Part shown: piece after piece, positions 1 to 9,173 of the stretch
How the letters are laid out: every line of letters begins with the position of its first letter
How positions within the stretch are numbered: position 1 is the first letter of the stretch
Assembly (NCBI GenBank): GCA_016188295.1
Contig: JACPIA010000004.1
Coordinates: forward strand, 108,478 to 162,967
DNA length: 54,490 nt
Direction: 5' to 3'
Source: Candidatus Vogelbacteria bacterium
GTDB taxonomy: Bacteria > Patescibacteriota > Minisyncoccia > Phycocordibacterales > XYD1-FULL-46-19
The notes under the pieces: model-generated
Seen by the model: the letters and a program-made list of their open reading frames with translations, nothing else
What the model was told of the DNA's origin: nothing
The model's database searches: none
Position numbers and translations under genes: made by a program

Positions 1-794
1 AACGTATTTTCAATAGCATCGGGGGTATCAGCAAAATATTTTTTGGCCGTCTCGGGCGAGATAAACGAGAAATCCTCTTCTTTATTACTAAAGCGTTTAG
101 TCTCGTCAAAATTTTGGGTTTGGATCGCCACTAAAGTGTCGTGAGCGGCGGCATCCTCGGGATAAATATAGTGCGAGTCATAAGTGGCCACAAGTGGAAT
201 GTCTAATTCTCTAGCCAACTTGATAGTAGCCTCCTTGAGCTCGAGTTGTCTCTCTAGCTTAGGATGATGCATTATTTCTAAATAATAATTATCAATGCCA
301 AAAATTTCTTGATGTTCGCGAATAATTAATTTGGCTTGTTCTAAATTGCGAGCCCATAATGCTTTAGAAAATTCACTCCCCATGCAACCGGAGAGGCAAA
401 TCAAACCGTTGCTGTGGGCCCGGAGCAACTCCTTGTCCATGCGCGGTTTATAGTAATAACCCTCGAGGTGGGCGGTGGTAACTAGTTTAAGCAGATTACG
501 ATAGCCAGTCATATTTTTAGCCAGCAAAGTCAAATGGTATCGTCTATTGTCAATGCCGGGCTCTTTGTCTCTGCGACCGCGGGTGGCGATGTAAGCCTCT
601 ACCCCAATAATCGGTTTGATGCCAGCCGCTTTGCAGGCTTTGTAAAAGTCGATGGCGCCATACATTGTGCCGTGATCGGTGAGAGCTAATGCGGGCATCC
701 CAAATTCTTTAGCCTTAGCTACCAACTCGTCGATTTTAGACAAGCCATCCAAGAGCGAGTAGTGGCTGTGAGTATGCAAATGCACAAATGACAT
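1..794 (-). CDS. dnaE: DNA polymerase III alpha subunit, N-terminal PHP domain (partial, continues past window start)
   Basis: Absent from the ORF track because it runs off the edge. Reverse complement from the ATG at 794 reads MSFVHLHTHSHYSLLDGLSKIDELV..GMPALALTDHGTMYGAIDFYKA..GIKPIIGVEAY, the classic DnaE PHP start. The frame stays open to base 1. Confidence 0.85.
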   Translation of the reverse strand, partial: MSFVHLHTHSHYSLLDGLSKIDELVAKAKEFGMPALALTDHGTMYGAIDFYKACKAAGIKPIIGVEAYIATRGRRDKEPGIDNRRYHLTLLAKNMTGYRNLLKLVTTAHLEGYYYKPRMDKELLRAHSNGLICLSGCMGSEFSKALWARNLEQAKLIIREHQEIFGIDNYYLEIMHHPKLERQLELKEATIKLARELDIPLVATYDSHYIYPEDAAAHDTLVAIQTQNFDETKRFSNKEEDFSFISPETAKKYFADTPDAIENT

Positions 795-891
795 AGCCAG
801 ATTATAGCAAAATATGCTATTATTTGAGTGGAGTGGATGTTTAATGTTGGGATTAACACTAAAATCGGCTCGGTGAGCCAAAGGAGGAGAT

Positions 892-1089
892 ATGTTTGCA
901 TCGCTAGTTTTGTTTTTGGTGTTTGGCTTGTCGGGATTACTGACTTTGCGTTTGTCTACCCTAGTACTCTCGGCACTTCCTGAACAACGAAAGTGGAAGT
1001 ATATCCCCATATGGTTGCCGTTATTGGCACTAGCCGGGACATCTTCTTTTTGGTCCCTTGTTGCATCAGTGTATTTGTTTTATTTGTAG
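892..1089 (+). CDS. small hydrophobic membrane protein (65 aa, two predicted TM segments)
   Basis: AAGGAGG Shine-Dalgarno a few nt before the ATG, a strongly hydrophobic sequence, and a rho-independent terminator directly downstream. Confidence 0.6.
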   Translation: MFASLVLFLVFGLSGLLTLRLSTLVLSALPEQRKWKYIPIWLPLLALAGTSSFWSLVASVYLFYL

Positions 1090-1108
1090 AAAAGATTGGA
1101 TCAGTATC

Positions 1109-1143
1109 GCCGCGCGGGTAATATCTCGCGCGGCTTTTCTTTT
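1109..1143 (+). terminator. rho-independent terminator
   Basis: GCCGCGCG..CGCGCGGC 8-bp GC stem followed by TTTTCTTTT. Confidence 0.75.
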
Positions 1144-1325
1144 ACATTATTTTTTCTCATATACCAGATTTCCACGATCGTGGGGATGTCGTATAGATAA
1201 CATAATCTGACGACTTAACATGTCATGACATAAATCTGGTAAGACTTTTTTAAACAACAACAAACTCACGATCGTAGTTTTATTGTTTTATCACAAGCAG
1301 GGTGGTTTTTGTTACAATAACAGGG

Positions 1326-1925
1326 ATGCTAATACCAAAGAGTGTTAAATATGTGGTGGGGGTGGATGAGGTTGGCCGGGGACCCTTGGCTGGGCCAGTG
1401 ACGGTGGCGGCCGTTTGTGTGTCGCTTAAGGTCTGGCAAAAGTTGCCCCGCGTCCGCGACTCTAAACAACTCTCGCTAATGAATCGCCAAAAATGGAAGC
1501 GGGAATTATTAACTCAAAAAAATAAAGGCAAGCTGTGGTGTGCTAGGGCCTCTATCTCCAATACTAAAATTGATGAGATTGGTATTGTTCGGGCGGTCCG
1601 GCGCGCCATTGCTTTGACTTTAACTAAATTAGATTTACCACCGCGCGAGTGCTTAGTATTACTCGACGGCAGTTTATACGCCCCAGCCAATTACCCGCAC
1701 CAAAAAACCATTATCCGAGGCGATGCCTCGGAGACGATTATTGCTTTAGCCTCGATTTGGGCTAAAGTCCATCGTGACGCTTATCTCGCGCACTTAGCCA
1801 AAACTTACCCTCAGTACGGTTTTGAGGTGCATAAGGGCTATGGCACCGCCCTCCACTACCAAGCCCTTCGTCGCCTCGGCCTCACTCCCATTCATCGCCG
1901 ATCCTTTCTCAAAAAGCTGGCCTAA
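1326..1925 (+). CDS. rnhB: ribonuclease HII
   Basis: VGVDEVGRGPLAGPV N-terminal catalytic motif and typical RNase HII length. The ATG at 1326 is preferred over the upstream GTG at 1302. Confidence 0.85.
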   Translation: MLIPKSVKYVVGVDEVGRGPLAGPVTVAAVCVSLKVWQKLPRVRDSKQLSLMNRQKWKRELLTQKNKGKLWCARASISNTKIDEIGIVRAVRRAIALTLTKLDLPPRECLVLLDGSLYAPANYPHQKTIIRGDASETIIALASIWAKVHRDAYLAHLAKTYPQYGFEVHKGYGTALHYQALRRLGLTPIHRRSFLKKLA

Positions 1926-1966
1926 TATTTGCCTTTTTGGGCTAATTATCTTATACTGTCCCCATT

Positions 1967-2188
1967 ATGGTTGTACGCATGCGACACACCCGCGCCCATA
2001 CCGGCAATCGCCGGTCGCATCATGCTCTTGTGGGAGCACGGCTGTCTAAGTGTGTCTCTTGTGGCGCCAGTCATTTGCGTCATCGGGCCTGCTTGGCCTG
2101 TGGCAATTATCGCGGTAAACTAGTAATTGACGTCGTAGCACAGGCAGCCAAAAAACAAGCTAAACAAAAAGTCACCGCCAATCAATAA
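1967..2188 (+). CDS. rpmF: 50S ribosomal protein L32
   Basis: MVVRMRHTRAHTGNRRSHHAL start plus a CxxC..CxxC zinc ribbon. Confidence 0.85.
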   Translation: MVVRMRHTRAHTGNRRSHHALVGARLSKCVSCGASHLRHRACLACGNYRGKLVIDVVAQAAKKQAKQKVTANQ

Positions 2189-2236
2189 AATCTAAATATT
2201 AAGTAATCGTTTCCTCTGCTCTTTTAACAACTTATT

Positions 2237-3139
2237 ATGGCCAATCGCCACTTATCGAGAAGTCTCGCCCTCCAAACATTGTTTGAATGGGATTTTGTCG
2301 GTGCGCCTAACAATCAGATCAAGGCGATTATGACGCGTATTAGTACCGAGTTTGGTCCCGGGCTTGATGATGCCTCTTTTTTAAAAACCTTAGTTAGTGA
2401 TGTGGTGGCCAAGCAAGATAAATTAGATCGAATTATTGAAAAGGCCGCCCCCGACTGGCCCTTATCGCAAATTGCGATTGTGGATCGTAATGTCTTGCGT
2501 CTTGGTTTGTATGAACTTTTATTTGCCCCTAAAGATGAGGTGCCGGCGCGGGTAGCGATTAACGAGGCTATTGAACTCGCTAAAACGTTTGGTGGTGAGG
2601 GCAGTGGCCGTTTTGTTAACGGGGTGCTTGGTGCCGTGTATAAAGAAATGGGAGAGCCGGGTAAAGATGAGGTGCCGGCTAAAAAGCGTCGCCCTAAAGA
2701 TGTGCCCTACGAGCAAATGCCCATAGAGCGTTTGGGTGGGGCGGTAGTGTATACTTGTAACGGCGCCGGTATTGAGCTGGCTTTGGTCCATGATATTTTT
2801 GGCTACTGGACGCTGTCTAAAGGCCACATTAAAGATGGTGAGCCCTTGGAGCTCGGTACCAGTCGGGAGCTTAAAGAGGAGCTAAGTCTAGACATTACTG
2901 TTGGTGAGTTTCTCGGTACTAACGAGTATATTGCCTCGCACCCCGAGCAGGGTAAAATTCGCAAGCAAGTTAATTACTTTTTAGCTGAAGCCAGCGAACC
3001 CAAACAATTAAAATTGGGTGCTAAAAAAGGTTTGACCGAGGCTAAGTGGTTTGCTTTGGCTGATATTCCCGATCTTAAAATGTATGACGATGTGGTGCCT
3101 CTGGTGACTAAAGCGATTACCTTGTTGGTAAGAAAATAA
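2237..3139 (+). CDS. nusB: NusB antitermination factor fused to a C-terminal Nudix hydrolase domain
   Basis: Residues 1 to about 140 look like NusB (SRSLALQTLFEWDF..AINEAIELAKTFGG..FVNGVLG). The C-terminal part carries a Nudix box, GHIKDGEPLELGTSRELKEELSL. Confidence 0.75.
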   Translation: MANRHLSRSLALQTLFEWDFVGAPNNQIKAIMTRISTEFGPGLDDASFLKTLVSDVVAKQDKLDRIIEKAAPDWPLSQIAIVDRNVLRLGLYELLFAPKDEVPARVAINEAIELAKTFGGEGSGRFVNGVLGAVYKEMGEPGKDEVPAKKRRPKDVPYEQMPIERLGGAVVYTCNGAGIELALVHDIFGYWTLSKGHIKDGEPLELGTSRELKEELSLDITVGEFLGTNEYIASHPEQGKIRKQVNYFLAEASEPKQLKLGAKKGLTEAKWFALADIPDLKMYDDVVPLVTKAITLLVRK

Positions 3140-3140
3140 T

Positions 3141-3836
3141 ATGAAACCAGATTTAACTAAATTTACTCAAGCTCTTGATTTAAATTGGTGCGACCAAAAT
3201 TTGTTGCTTGAAGCGTTTACTCATCGCTCTTATCTAAACGAACACAAATCATCTAATCTTAAGCACAATGAGCGTTTGGAGTTTTTGGGTGATGCGGTAT
3301 TAGAGTTGGCGGTGACTAATTATTTATATCAAAAATATCCAGAGAAACCAGAAGGAGAATTGACCGCTTTGCGTGCGGCATTAGTCAATGCTAATACGTT
3401 GTCGGAGGTGGCCGCCCATTTAGGGATGAATGATTATTTACTGCTCTCACGAGGCGAGGCCAAGGACACTGGCCGGGCCCGCCAATATATTTTAGCTAAT
3501 ACTTACGAAGCGGTGTTGGGGGCGATTTATTTAGATCAAGGTTATGATCGGGCGGCCGAGTTTGTGGCCACGACACTATTTAATAAAACCGAGGCTATTG
3601 TGGCTGACAATTTGTGGCAGGATGCTAAAAGCCTCTTCCAAGAGCGGGCTCAGGAGGTAATGGGAGTGACGCCGATTTATAAATTGGTGCGCGAGTTGGG
3701 GCCGGATCATAACAAGCGCTTTACCGTCGGTTTGTATTTAGAAGCGGAGGAGGTCTCCTTGGGTGAGGGTCACTCTAAACAAGAAGCTGAGCAAGACGCC
3801 GCCCAAAAGGGTTTAGAAGTAAAAGGATGGAAATAA
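3141..3836 (+). CDS. rnc: ribonuclease III
   Basis: NERLEFLGDAVLEL RNase III signature followed by a C-terminal dsRBD-like tail. Confidence 0.9.
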   Translation: MKPDLTKFTQALDLNWCDQNLLLEAFTHRSYLNEHKSSNLKHNERLEFLGDAVLELAVTNYLYQKYPEKPEGELTALRAALVNANTLSEVAAHLGMNDYLLLSRGEAKDTGRARQYILANTYEAVLGAIYLDQGYDRAAEFVATTLFNKTEAIVADNLWQDAKSLFQERAQEVMGVTPIYKLVRELGPDHNKRFTVGLYLEAEEVSLGEGHSKQEAEQDAAQKGLEVKGWK

Positions 3837-3837
3837 C

Positions 3838-6081
3838 ATGCAATTAAAGCGAGTGGAGTTGGCGGGGTTTAAGTCGTTTGGTAAAAAAGCCGAGCTCCTT
3901 TTTGATGCGCCGATCACCGCTATTGTTGGTCCCAATGGTTCGGGTAAGTCTAATGTGGCGGAGGCCTTCCGTTGGGTGCTGGGTGAGCAATCGCTTAAGT
4001 CCTTGCGCGGTAAGCGCGGTGAAGATTTAATTTTTAATGGTGAGGGTACCCGGCTCAATCGGGCGAGTGTGTCGGTGGTGTTTGATAATCAAGACAAACG
4101 CTTACCGCTCGACTTTGATGAGGTCACGGTCACGCGCACGGTTTACCGCGACGGTACCAACGAGTACGCCTTAAATGGCAGTGTGGTGCGCTTGCGCGAT
4201 ATTTTAGAATTGCTGGCCAATGTCTCGCTCGGCCCATCGGGGCATCATATTATTAGTCAAGGCGAGGCTGATCGTATCCTCTCGGCTAATTTATATGAGC
4301 GTAAAAAGATGATTGAGGAGGCGCTCGGTTTAAACATTTACCATTGGAAGATCAGTGAGAGTGAGCGCAAGCTCTCCAAAACGGAGGAGAATATCCGTGA
4401 GGTGGAGTCATTGCGTCGGGAGATCGCGCCCCACTTAAAATTTTTAAAAAAACAGGTCGAGAAGGTGGAGCAAGCCGATTTACTTCGCCGCGAGCTCAAG
4501 CAACTTTATTTAGAATATTTAAAACGCGAGTCGGATTATTTAACTAAAACTAAACAAGAATTAGCGGATGCTAAATCTGGTCCGGTCGCTGAATTAAAGG
4601 AAGTAGAGGGAGAGTTAGCGGGAGTCCTTCGACAAGCTCAGGGTAATAATCAAGAACAATTATTACGTGATAAGTTGCGACAGTTAGAGAGTGAGTTGGA
4701 ACATAGACGTCGGGAGTATGAGGAGTTTAGTCGTTCGCTTGGGCGTCTAGAAGGGCGATTGGAAGCGGCTAGGGAAGTGTCAGCCAGCGCGGCTGGGAGA
4801 GATGATGCGCCAGTGTCGGCTAAATTAGTACGCAGTAAATTAGAAGCCGTATTAAGTGAGTTAACTAATGCTGAAGGTGCTAGTGATTTGGTTTTGGTTA
4901 AAAATATTTTGACGCGGGTGAAGGGATTAGTAGCCGGTTTTGTTAATGAGCTGGGAGTAAATAGTGATGTGGGGCAGGCCAGTGATCGAGTGGAATTGAT
5001 CGCTAAATTAGAGTGCGAGCAGACTGAATTAACTAAGGTAATTAAACAAACCAGTGAGCATATTACTAAATTAATGGGTGAGTTGTCTGGTGAGCGTAAA
5101 AATTTAGAGAGCTTGCGCGAGGCGACGCAAGGCGCCGAGCGCCAAAGTTTTGAGCTTAAGACTAAAAAAGCCGAGCTTACTGCTACTTTAAATACCCTCT
5201 CTGCTCAAGTTGAAAAATTAAACATTGAAGAGGCTGATTTTAAACGTGAGTTGGAAAGTGCCGTGGCTCTTACTGACCAAGAGGTGCGGGACTATACCAA
5301 ACATTCAATGTTTGGTTTTGAGGGGATAGAATCGAGGACGATTCAAGAGGAGCGACGTAAACAAATAGAACGAAAGAAGATTAAGCTAGAAGATATGGGT
5401 TTTGAGGGTAGTGATGTGATGACGGAGTATAAAGAGACGACTAAGCGCGATGAGTTTTTGGCTAATGAGTTGGCGGACTTAACCAGCTCGCGACAATCAT
5501 TGGAGAGTGTGATGCTTGAGTTGAAAGACAGGTTGCAAACCGAGTTTAATGGCGGGATTACTAAAATCAATGAACAGTTTGGGCAATTTTTTAAACAAAT
5601 GTTTGGGGGTGGTGAGGGTAAATTGCAAGTGGTTAAAGAGGCTAAAAAACGACGCTCGCTTGCTTCACTTGCTACCGAGCCAGACGAGATAGATTTAGAG
5701 GAGGGTGGCGAGGACGATGAAGCGCGTGAAGGGATTGATATTAATGTTTCGCTACCGCGTAAAAAAGTTAAAGGGTTAGAAATGCTCTCTGGTGGCGAGC
5801 GGGCCCTCACCTCTATTGCCCTCCTCTTCGCAATGTCACAAGTTAATCCCCCACCATTTTTAATTTTAGATGAGACCGACGCTGCGCTCGATGAGGCTAA
5901 CTCGCGTAAGTATGGTGATATGATTGAGAATCTAGCTCATTACTCGCAATTAATTTTGATTACCCATAATCGCGAGACGATGTCCCGCGCTGGCGTACTT
6001 TATGGTGTTACGATGGGCGCTGATGGCCTCTCCAAACTACTTTCCATTAAATTTGACCAAGCCGAGAGTTACGCTAAATAA
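3838..6081 (+). CDS. smc: SMC-family chromosome segregation ATPase, unusually short (747 aa)
   Basis: N-terminus LAGFKSFGKK..GPNGSGKSNV (Walker A), a long heptad-rich middle, and C-terminus LSGGERALTSIALLFA..FLILDETDAALD (signature and Walker B). Confidence 0.8.
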   Translation: MQLKRVELAGFKSFGKKAELLFDAPITAIVGPNGSGKSNVAEAFRWVLGEQSLKSLRGKRGEDLIFNGEGTRLNRASVSVVFDNQDKRLPLDFDEVTVTRTVYRDGTNEYALNGSVVRLRDILELLANVSLGPSGHHIISQGEADRILSANLYERKKMIEEALGLNIYHWKISESERKLSKTEENIREVESLRREIAPHLKFLKKQVEKVEQADLLRRELKQLYLEYLKRESDYLTKTKQELADAKSGPVAELKEVEGELAGVLRQAQGNNQEQLLRDKLRQLESELEHRRREYEEFSRSLGRLEGRLEAAREVSASAAGRDDAPVSAKLVRSKLEAVLSELTNAEGASDLVLVKNILTRVKGLVAGFVNELGVNSDVGQASDRVELIAKLECEQTELTKVIKQTSEHITKLMGELSGERKNLESLREATQGAERQSFELKTKKAELTATLNTLSAQVEKLNIEEADFKRELESAVALTDQEVRDYTKHSMFGFEGIESRTIQEERRKQIERKKIKLEDMGFEGSDVMTEYKETTKRDEFLANELADLTSSRQSLESVMLELKDRLQTEFNGGITKINEQFGQFFKQMFGGGEGKLQVVKEAKKRRSLASLATEPDEIDLEEGGEDDEAREGIDINVSLPRKKVKGLEMLSGGERALTSIALLFAMSQVNPPPFLILDETDAALDEANSRKYGDMIENLAHYSQLILITHNRETMSRAGVLYGVTMGADGLSKLLSIKFDQAESYAK

Positions 6082-6159
6082 TCCCACACTGCGTTGAGTG
6101 CGGGGTAAAATCAATTTACCCCAGAGGACGGTCCTTTGGGGTGGAACATTTATTTATGG

Positions 6160-6199
6160 TAAAGAATAAACCCCGCCCTTCAACAAGTTCAGGACGGGG
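6160..6199 (-). terminator. rho-independent terminator after the 45-aa ORF
   Basis: On the minus strand, ACCCCGTCC..GGGCGGGGT stem followed by TTTATTCTTT. Confidence 0.6.
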
Positions 6200-6205
6200 T
6201 GTAGT

Positions 6206-6343
6206 TTAAGCGGTGAGAGTCTCCTCGTTTTGTTTTGGGTCTGTCTCAAGCCCTTTCCATTTTTTCCAAATTTCATCTTCAGCGTCTGGGGTGAGGGGGA
6301 AGCCTTCGCACAACACAAATACTGGCTCATTTTTCTCACACAT
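6206..6343 (-). CDS. small acidic protein (45 aa), hypothetical
   Basis: Below the ORF-track cutoff. GGAGGAAAAAGTG precedes the ATG at 6343. It reads MCEKNEPVFVLCEGFPLTPDAEDEIWKKWKGLETDPKQNEETLTA and has its own terminator downstream. Confidence 0.4.
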   Translation of the reverse strand: MCEKNEPVFVLCEGFPLTPDAEDEIWKKWKGLETDPKQNEETLTA

Positions 6344-6373
6344 CACTTTTTCCTCCTGTTAAAGAACTAAATC

Positions 6374-6401
6374 AAAAAACCCTCCGAGTGGAGGGCTTTT
6401 T
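6374..6401. terminator. bidirectional-looking terminator hairpin
   Basis: AAAAAA-CCCTCC-GAGT-GGAGGG-CTTTTT: an A-run and a T-run flank a 6-bp GC stem. Confidence 0.6.
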
Positions 6402-6429
6402 GATGAATATGTCACCGAGACCTACTCAT

Positions 6430-6453
6430 ATAAAAACCTTCCACTTTTGGAAG
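6430..6453 (-). terminator. rho-independent terminator of rnr
   Basis: On the minus strand, CTTCCA-AAAG-TGGAAG followed by GTTTTTAT, about 55 nt after the rnr stop. Confidence 0.55.
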
Positions 6454-6509
6454 TTAAGAGCAGACCCAACAAATTTTGACGATTAGTAATCATGTTTAAT
6501 TTAAGTATA

Positions 6510-8411
6510 TTATTTCACCAACACGTAGTCAATTTGTTTGCGGAGAAGATCGGCTTTGACGGCTTTAACTTTGACCGCATCACCAAGGCGGAAGGCTTGG
6601 CCGGTGCGGCGGCCCACCACCGCAAACTTTTTAGCATCAAACTCAAAATAATCATCACCCAAGGCACCCAAGCGGATCATGCCCTCCACGCCGGTGGCCA
6701 CTTCGGCCACAAACACTCCGCGCTCATTAACGCCGGAGATGATCGCTTCAGCCGGCCGGTCTAATTTGTCTTGCATATATTCCACTTGTTTATAACGGAT
6801 ACTTTCGCGTTCAGCCTCGGCGGCTAGGCGTTCCATGATACTAGCGTGAATCATTTGATCGGATAGTTTTTCCAAAGTTTCGGGTGGCGGTTGTTTACCC
6901 TCCAAGTAAATAGCAAGTAAACGGTGCACTAACACATCGGGATAACGACGGATCGGTGAGGTAAAGTGGGTGTAGTAACGGAAGGCGAGTCCGTAGTGCC
7001 CAATATTTTTAGTGGAGTAAATCGCTTTAGCCATCGACTGGACAGTGGCTCGATTAACGATATAAGCCTCTGGAGTATCCTCCACGTCTTTAAGTAGGGT
7101 ATTAATTTGGGCCGGTTTAATATCTTGACCATTGATCTCCAATTGATAACCGAGCGGTTTGAGGAAGTTAGCTAAGTTAGCTAAGCGCTCTTGATCCGGC
7201 TGGTCGTGAATGCGATAGACAAATTTGTCGGCTTGATTTTTATTAAGCTCGGAGACATACTCGGCCACTTTACGATTAGCAAGGAGCATAAAATCTTCAA
7301 CTAAGAGGTGAGTGTCGGTGCGCACCTTGCGTTTGATGTCGATGGGTTTACCAGCGTCATCTAATACAATTTGCAACTCTTCGGTCTCAAAACTGATCGC
7401 TCCCGCTTCCACTTTAGCGGCGCGCAGTTTATAAGCGATCTCATTTAAGATATTTAATTCGGTGTAATATTCACCAGCTTTTTTATCTAACACTTCTTGA
7501 GCTTCCTCATAACTAAAACGTTTGTCGGAGTGAATAATCGTCCGGCCAAACCATTGGTCTGACACTTCGCCATTTTTATTAATCTTAAACACTGCGCCAA
7601 AAGTTAAGCGGTCTTGATCGGGCACTAAACTGCAAATATCATCGGAGAGCACTGGTGGCAACATCGGGATGGTCCGGTCAATTAAATAGACCGAGGTGGC
7701 GCGTCGTTCGGCCTCGGTATCAAGCGCAGTGCTTGGGCGGACATAGTGTGAGATGTCAGCAATGTGGACACCCACCTCGTAAACGTCATCGCCTAAATCA
7801 GCAAAGGAGAGGGCGTCATCAAAGTCTTTGGCGGTAATTGGGTCGATGGTAAAAGTAGTAATAGAGCGGAAGTCGCGTCGATTAGGCACATCCGCAACCA
7901 TATCTTCAGTCGCGGTTTGTTTAATTTTGTCGGTTTCGTTTAAGACCGCGGCGGGGAAGTCGAGGCTAAACCCTTTAGCTATCGCAATGGCGCGCATCTC
8001 GGTCTCATTCTCTCCTGGAATACCAATTACTAGTTTAATTGAGCCGGTAGGGTCTTGAGCGGCGTCGGTCCACTCGTCCAGGGCCACTAATACTTTTTTA
8101 CCAACGGCTTTTTGGGCGGCGCTAGTGTCAGGCAAAACCATAGTCCGGTAAAAGCGCATATCATCAGGGAGTAACACAAATTGACCAGATTTTTCGGTCG
8201 GCTCATTAACAATACCGACAAACATTTGCTTGGCCCGATTTAAAATGGCCTCTACTTTACCGCTCTCACCACTGTAACTAAGGCGCACTTTGTCGCCATC
8301 TAAAGCTACCCCCAAGTCGGCGGTCTCTACTTTAACCTCGCGTTTGTCGGGGAAAACAAAATAGCCTACACCTTTAGGCGAGACTCGGATAACTCCTTCA
8401 GCGATTGACAT
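6510..8411 (-). CDS. rnr: ribonuclease R (RNase II/VacB family 3'-5' exoribonuclease)
   Basis: RNB-domain motifs (TIDPITAKDFDDALS, GVHIADISHYV, HYGLAF..YTHFTSPIRRYPD) and a C-terminal S1-like domain. Confidence 0.9.
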   Translation of the reverse strand: MSIAEGVIRVSPKGVGYFVFPDKREVKVETADLGVALDGDKVRLSYSGESGKVEAILNRAKQMFVGIVNEPTEKSGQFVLLPDDMRFYRTMVLPDTSAAQKAVGKKVLVALDEWTDAAQDPTGSIKLVIGIPGENETEMRAIAIAKGFSLDFPAAVLNETDKIKQTATEDMVADVPNRRDFRSITTFTIDPITAKDFDDALSFADLGDDVYEVGVHIADISHYVRPSTALDTEAERRATSVYLIDRTIPMLPPVLSDDICSLVPDQDRLTFGAVFKINKNGEVSDQWFGRTIIHSDKRFSYEEAQEVLDKKAGEYYTELNILNEIAYKLRAAKVEAGAISFETEELQIVLDDAGKPIDIKRKVRTDTHLLVEDFMLLANRKVAEYVSELNKNQADKFVYRIHDQPDQERLANLANFLKPLGYQLEINGQDIKPAQINTLLKDVEDTPEAYIVNRATVQSMAKAIYSTKNIGHYGLAFRYYTHFTSPIRRYPDVLVHRLLAIYLEGKQPPPETLEKLSDQMIHASIMERLAAEAERESIRYKQVEYMQDKLDRPAEAIISGVNERGVFVAEVATGVEGMIRLGALGDDYFEFDAKKFAVVGRRTGQAFRLGDAVKVKAVKADLLRKQIDYVLVK

Positions 8412-8446
8412 GAGGGGAGTATACCATATATGATGATGAGCGCTAT

Positions 8447-8821
8447 ATGTTAATGATTCGCTTACAGCGTGTTGGCCGCAAAAATGACCCCTCTTTTAGG
8501 ATGGTTGTTACTGATTCTAAAAACAGCACTAAGAGTGGTAAGTTTTTAGAGGTGGTGGGCTCTTATGATGCTCGTTTAGGTAAAAATAAGACCATTCTTA
8601 AGGCTGAGCGGATTAAACACTGGATCTCGGTAGGGGCTCAATTAACTGATACCGTTAAAAACTTACTTATTTCTAAAAAGATTATTGAGGGTAAAAAGAC
8701 GGATTACCGACCTAAACCTAAGCCAGTTGAAAACCCTGAGCCTGTCGAAGCAGTAGAAGAAGTAAAAGAGGAAGTTAAAGAAGGAGAGCCAGTTGCCGAG
8801 CCGGTAGCAGAAACTGTATAA
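8447..8821 (+). CDS. rpsP: 30S ribosomal protein S16 with an acidic Pro/Glu-rich C-terminal tail
   Basis: MIRLQRVGRKNDPSFRMVV is the S16 consensus start. The true start may be the ATG at 8453. Confidence 0.85.
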   Translation: MLMIRLQRVGRKNDPSFRMVVTDSKNSTKSGKFLEVVGSYDARLGKNKTILKAERIKHWISVGAQLTDTVKNLLISKKIIEGKKTDYRPKPKPVENPEPVEAVEEVKEEVKEGEPVAEPVAETV

Positions 8822-8852
8822 TTAACAGATTATCAGGTAAGTAATTACTGTC

Positions 8853-9170
8853 ATGAATAAAGATCAAGAGTTTTTAGAGTCGCTGATTAAATCATTAGTT
8901 GATAATCCGGATGATGTTAAAGTAAGTCGCATTGTTGACGAAATGGGAGTGTTGCTGACCCTTGATGTCAATTCATTAGATATGGGTAAAATTATCGGTC
9001 GCCAAGGTAATACCGCTAAAGCCATCCGTACTTTGCTCCGCGTGGTCGGAATGAAGAATAATGCTCGTGTTAATTTAAAAATCAATGAGCCGGTGGGCGG
9101 TCTCCGCTCCAATGGTCCATCGACCACCGCGCGTTCTGTCGATCAAGCGATCAAAGACCTAGAGTTTTAA
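8853..9170 (+). CDS. KH-domain RNA-binding protein (YlqC/UPF0109-like)
   Basis: GKIIGRQGNTAKAIRTLL GxxG KH motif, and the conserved position between rpsP and trmD. Confidence 0.75.
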   Translation: MNKDQEFLESLIKSLVDNPDDVKVSRIVDEMGVLLTLDVNSLDMGKIIGRQGNTAKAIRTLLRVVGMKNNARVNLKINEPVGGLRSNGPSTTARSVDQAIKDLEF

Positions 9171-9173
9171 ACT

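Noticed and set aside
5343-5810. 155-aa minus-strand ORF inside smc
   Set aside because: It is antisense to a well-supported SMC coding region. The sequence is Ser/Pro-rich low complexity, typical of a shadow ORF.
6492-6764. 90-aa plus-strand ORF
   Set aside because: It is antisense to the S1-domain end of rnr and has no independent support.
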